Of a stretch of DNA of 64,000 nt, positions 14,497-64,000 are shown piece after piece; the stretch's first letter is position 1, and each line of letters begins with the position of its first letter. Both the position numbers and the translations under genes were made by a program. The notes beneath the pieces were generated by a model that was not told where the DNA came from, ran no database searches, and was given only the letters and a program-made list of their open reading frames with translations. Source of the DNA: Eledone cirrhosa (lineage: Eukaryota); the NCBI GenBank assembly GCA_964016885.1, contig OZ024763.1, positions 9,362,001 to 9,426,000 on the forward strand, written 5' to 3'.

Positions 14497-14962
14497 AATA
14501 TGTGTGTATATATATATATATGTGTGTGTGTGTGTATATATATATGTATATATATATAGGTGTGCGTGATCGTGTGTGTGTATATATATATATATATGTA
14601 TATGTATATATATATATATGTTTATATACACACACATATATGATTACTGAGTGTGTTTGTGTGTGCAAATAATCATGGATGTTTTAGAATACGGTAGCTA
14701 GCACATCTGGAGAGGAAGAGGTGTTTAATCCCTGCTGATGACCAGAGAAAGAGAAGAGAGAAGAATCTTTTTAAATGTTTTGAAAAAGACAAAGAAAAAT
14801 TAATAGAAAACAAGATGGAGTGTTTTCTAATAAGGCCACTGATTATTAGGTGTTGAAGGGTTACAGAGAAGAGAGGGAAAAACCCCTATCCCCACGAAAG
14901 AAGGGTAGAGAAAGAGAAAGAAAGAGTGTTAGAAATAGAGAGAGGGGGAGGGATAGGAATGT

Positions 14963-62389
<47,427 letters not shown>

Positions 62390-62592
62390 CTGAAATAATA
62401 ATAATAACAATAATAATAATTGTTTCTACATTTGCACAAAGCCAGCAATTTGAAGGGAAGGGGAAAGTCGATTAAATCAACCCCAGTGCTTAACCAGCTG
62501 ACTTTGGCAGGATTTGAATTCAGAACTTAGAAAATAAGATATTAAAAAGCTAATTGGTTAAAATTATAACTGAAGATTGATAATTATATATA

Positions 62593-63055
62593 TTAGAATT
62601 GGTGCTCTGAAATAACGATGTATACATGAATATCTGTACAGTATATTTAGCAATATACTGTATGCTTAATTAATAACATTTTGAAGACCTTGCGCGTTTT
62701 TAATTAAGCATACAGTATATTGCCAAATATACTATGCATACATTCATGTATACATCGCTATTTCAGAGCACCAATTCTAATTTTCAATTTTTGCTGGACC
62801 GGCAATCACTCTGTATAATCAGTTCCTGATTATTACTGGAATTCTATAAGAATCCAGCATCTATAATTTTCAACAGGCATCGGCAAGTGCTAAGCTCTGA
62901 TGATCACAAACAGTGTGAAATAGATCTGACAGCTTATCTCCCTTCCTTTGTTGAAAAAAGTAAGTGACATAGTCACTACTTTAAAATAATAGCGCAAGGT
63001 CTTCAAAATGTTTTTAATTAAGCATACAGTATATTGCCAAATATACTATACAGAT
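62593..63055 (+). mobile_element. Penelope pLTR-like element: inverted plus direct terminal repeats around a hammerhead motif
   Basis: 62593-62672 is inverted relative to 62697-62781; direct repeat resumes at 62992-63052; hammerhead at 62891-62936. Confidence 0.7.
62891..62936 (+). ncRNA. Minimal type-I hammerhead motif (U16.1 mutated)
   Basis: TAAGCT-CTGATGA-TCAC-AAACA-GTGT-GAAA-TAGATCTG-AC-AGCTTA. Confidence 0.7.
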
Positions 63056-63086
63056 ATTTATATATATATATATATATTAGGCAAAA

Positions 63087-63197
63087 CTCACTGATGAAAC
63101 CACATGTGCCAATTGTGCATTTTTGCATAATATATGCGGACAGTGGGTTCTGTGCACTCTATTGTTGCATTAAGTGTGGCCGAAACTCGAGTATGGG
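63087..63197 (+). ncRNA. Type-I hammerhead motif with expanded stem II
   Basis: CTCA-CTGATGA-aaCCACAT...GTGTGGcc-GAAA-CTCGAG-TA-TGGG; palindromic stem III ACTCGAGT. Confidence 0.7.
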
Positions 63198-64000
63198 AAT
63201 AATTGAAGGTACCCATTTACGTGTGTTGTATTGAAGCAAATAACTAACTATGTGTCTACTCTGGCAGTTTATTTAACATTACTTATTGAGTACGCTGAGA
63301 TGCAACTGGTCATAGCAGTGAAACCCATGCTAGTTCCATCAACTTATTATTTTCTCCCAACTAGCAGATTAACAATGAGAGTCTGTTGAACAATTTTTCA
63401 CATTTTTTATTGTGTTTTGTTTAAAATACGCTCTAATACCTGTTATAAATTTTCTCTCTCACTCACTTATTGAATCGTACAACTTGTGAAATTGACCGGT
63501 TTATGCACAAGGTTGATCGAAATATCTAGAATGCAGACTCTAACCAGTGTGCTAACTCAATATCGCTGTCTAATTGCTGGTTGGCATTTAATATCCAGAA
63601 AGGTTTTAGGCACTACCATTGTTACTGTCGCACTATTTCTCGCCATGAGACTTGGAGACTAGAGCTGAATACTACCATTCTATTGTACATTAAATTTGAA
63701 AATAATCAAGAATTTAAAGGGATTTAGTAGTATAACTTCCCTTTTTTTTTATTTTAAAGCTGGTTTTTAAAATATACAATATCTTCTTGCATAAAAAGAA
63801 AGATTAAATTTAAAAATATATCCTTTAAAACAATCAGTTTTCTATCATGTAACCAGACGCCATTTCAGGCAGTTTTGTATCAAAAGGGCTAAATATCATA
63901 ATACTAGAATAAGGACATTAACATTTTAAAATAATATAAATTAATAATGGTATAAAATTATTTTTTGTATCTCTGACAAATATATCCCATTCTACTCCCT

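Noticed and set aside
14728-14755. CTGATGA...GAAA near the rootletin 3' UTR
   Set aside because: No stem I or stem II pairing; chance match.

Overview
Eukaryotic, repeat-rich genomic DNA. The repeat landscape and the tandem C2H2 gene suggest an octopus or other coleoid cephalopod (inference). Two host genes are supported, both on the minus strand. The first is a single-ORF protein of 19 tandem C2H2 zinc fingers (2449-4044). The second is the 3' part of rootletin (CROCC): 15 exons from 62389 to the stop at 14963, about 1000 aa, all with GT-AG boundaries and consistent phases. The rest is transposon-derived: many RTE-clade LINE copies (two subfamilies), a compact 3.7-kb Ty3/Gypsy element plus a solo LTR, a decayed Penelope-like element, a piggyBac fossil, Helitron pieces, two tRNA-derived SINE families, a MITE, and micro/minisatellites. 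Four observations stand out. (1) About a dozen type-I hammerhead ribozyme motifs, two with intact cores, lie in short non-coding elements beside (TA)n tracts, and several of these elements are fold-back palindromes turning in hammerhead stem II. (2) The Gypsy primer-binding site is complementary to the 5' end (nt 1-12) of tRNA-Phe rather than to a tRNA 3' end. (3) A C4HC3 PHD-type finger is inserted inside the RTE reverse transcriptase. (4) Near-identical inverted RTE copies flank an in-frame 354-nt pair of rootletin exons. All calls were made by eye; no searches were run, and repeat boundaries are approximate.
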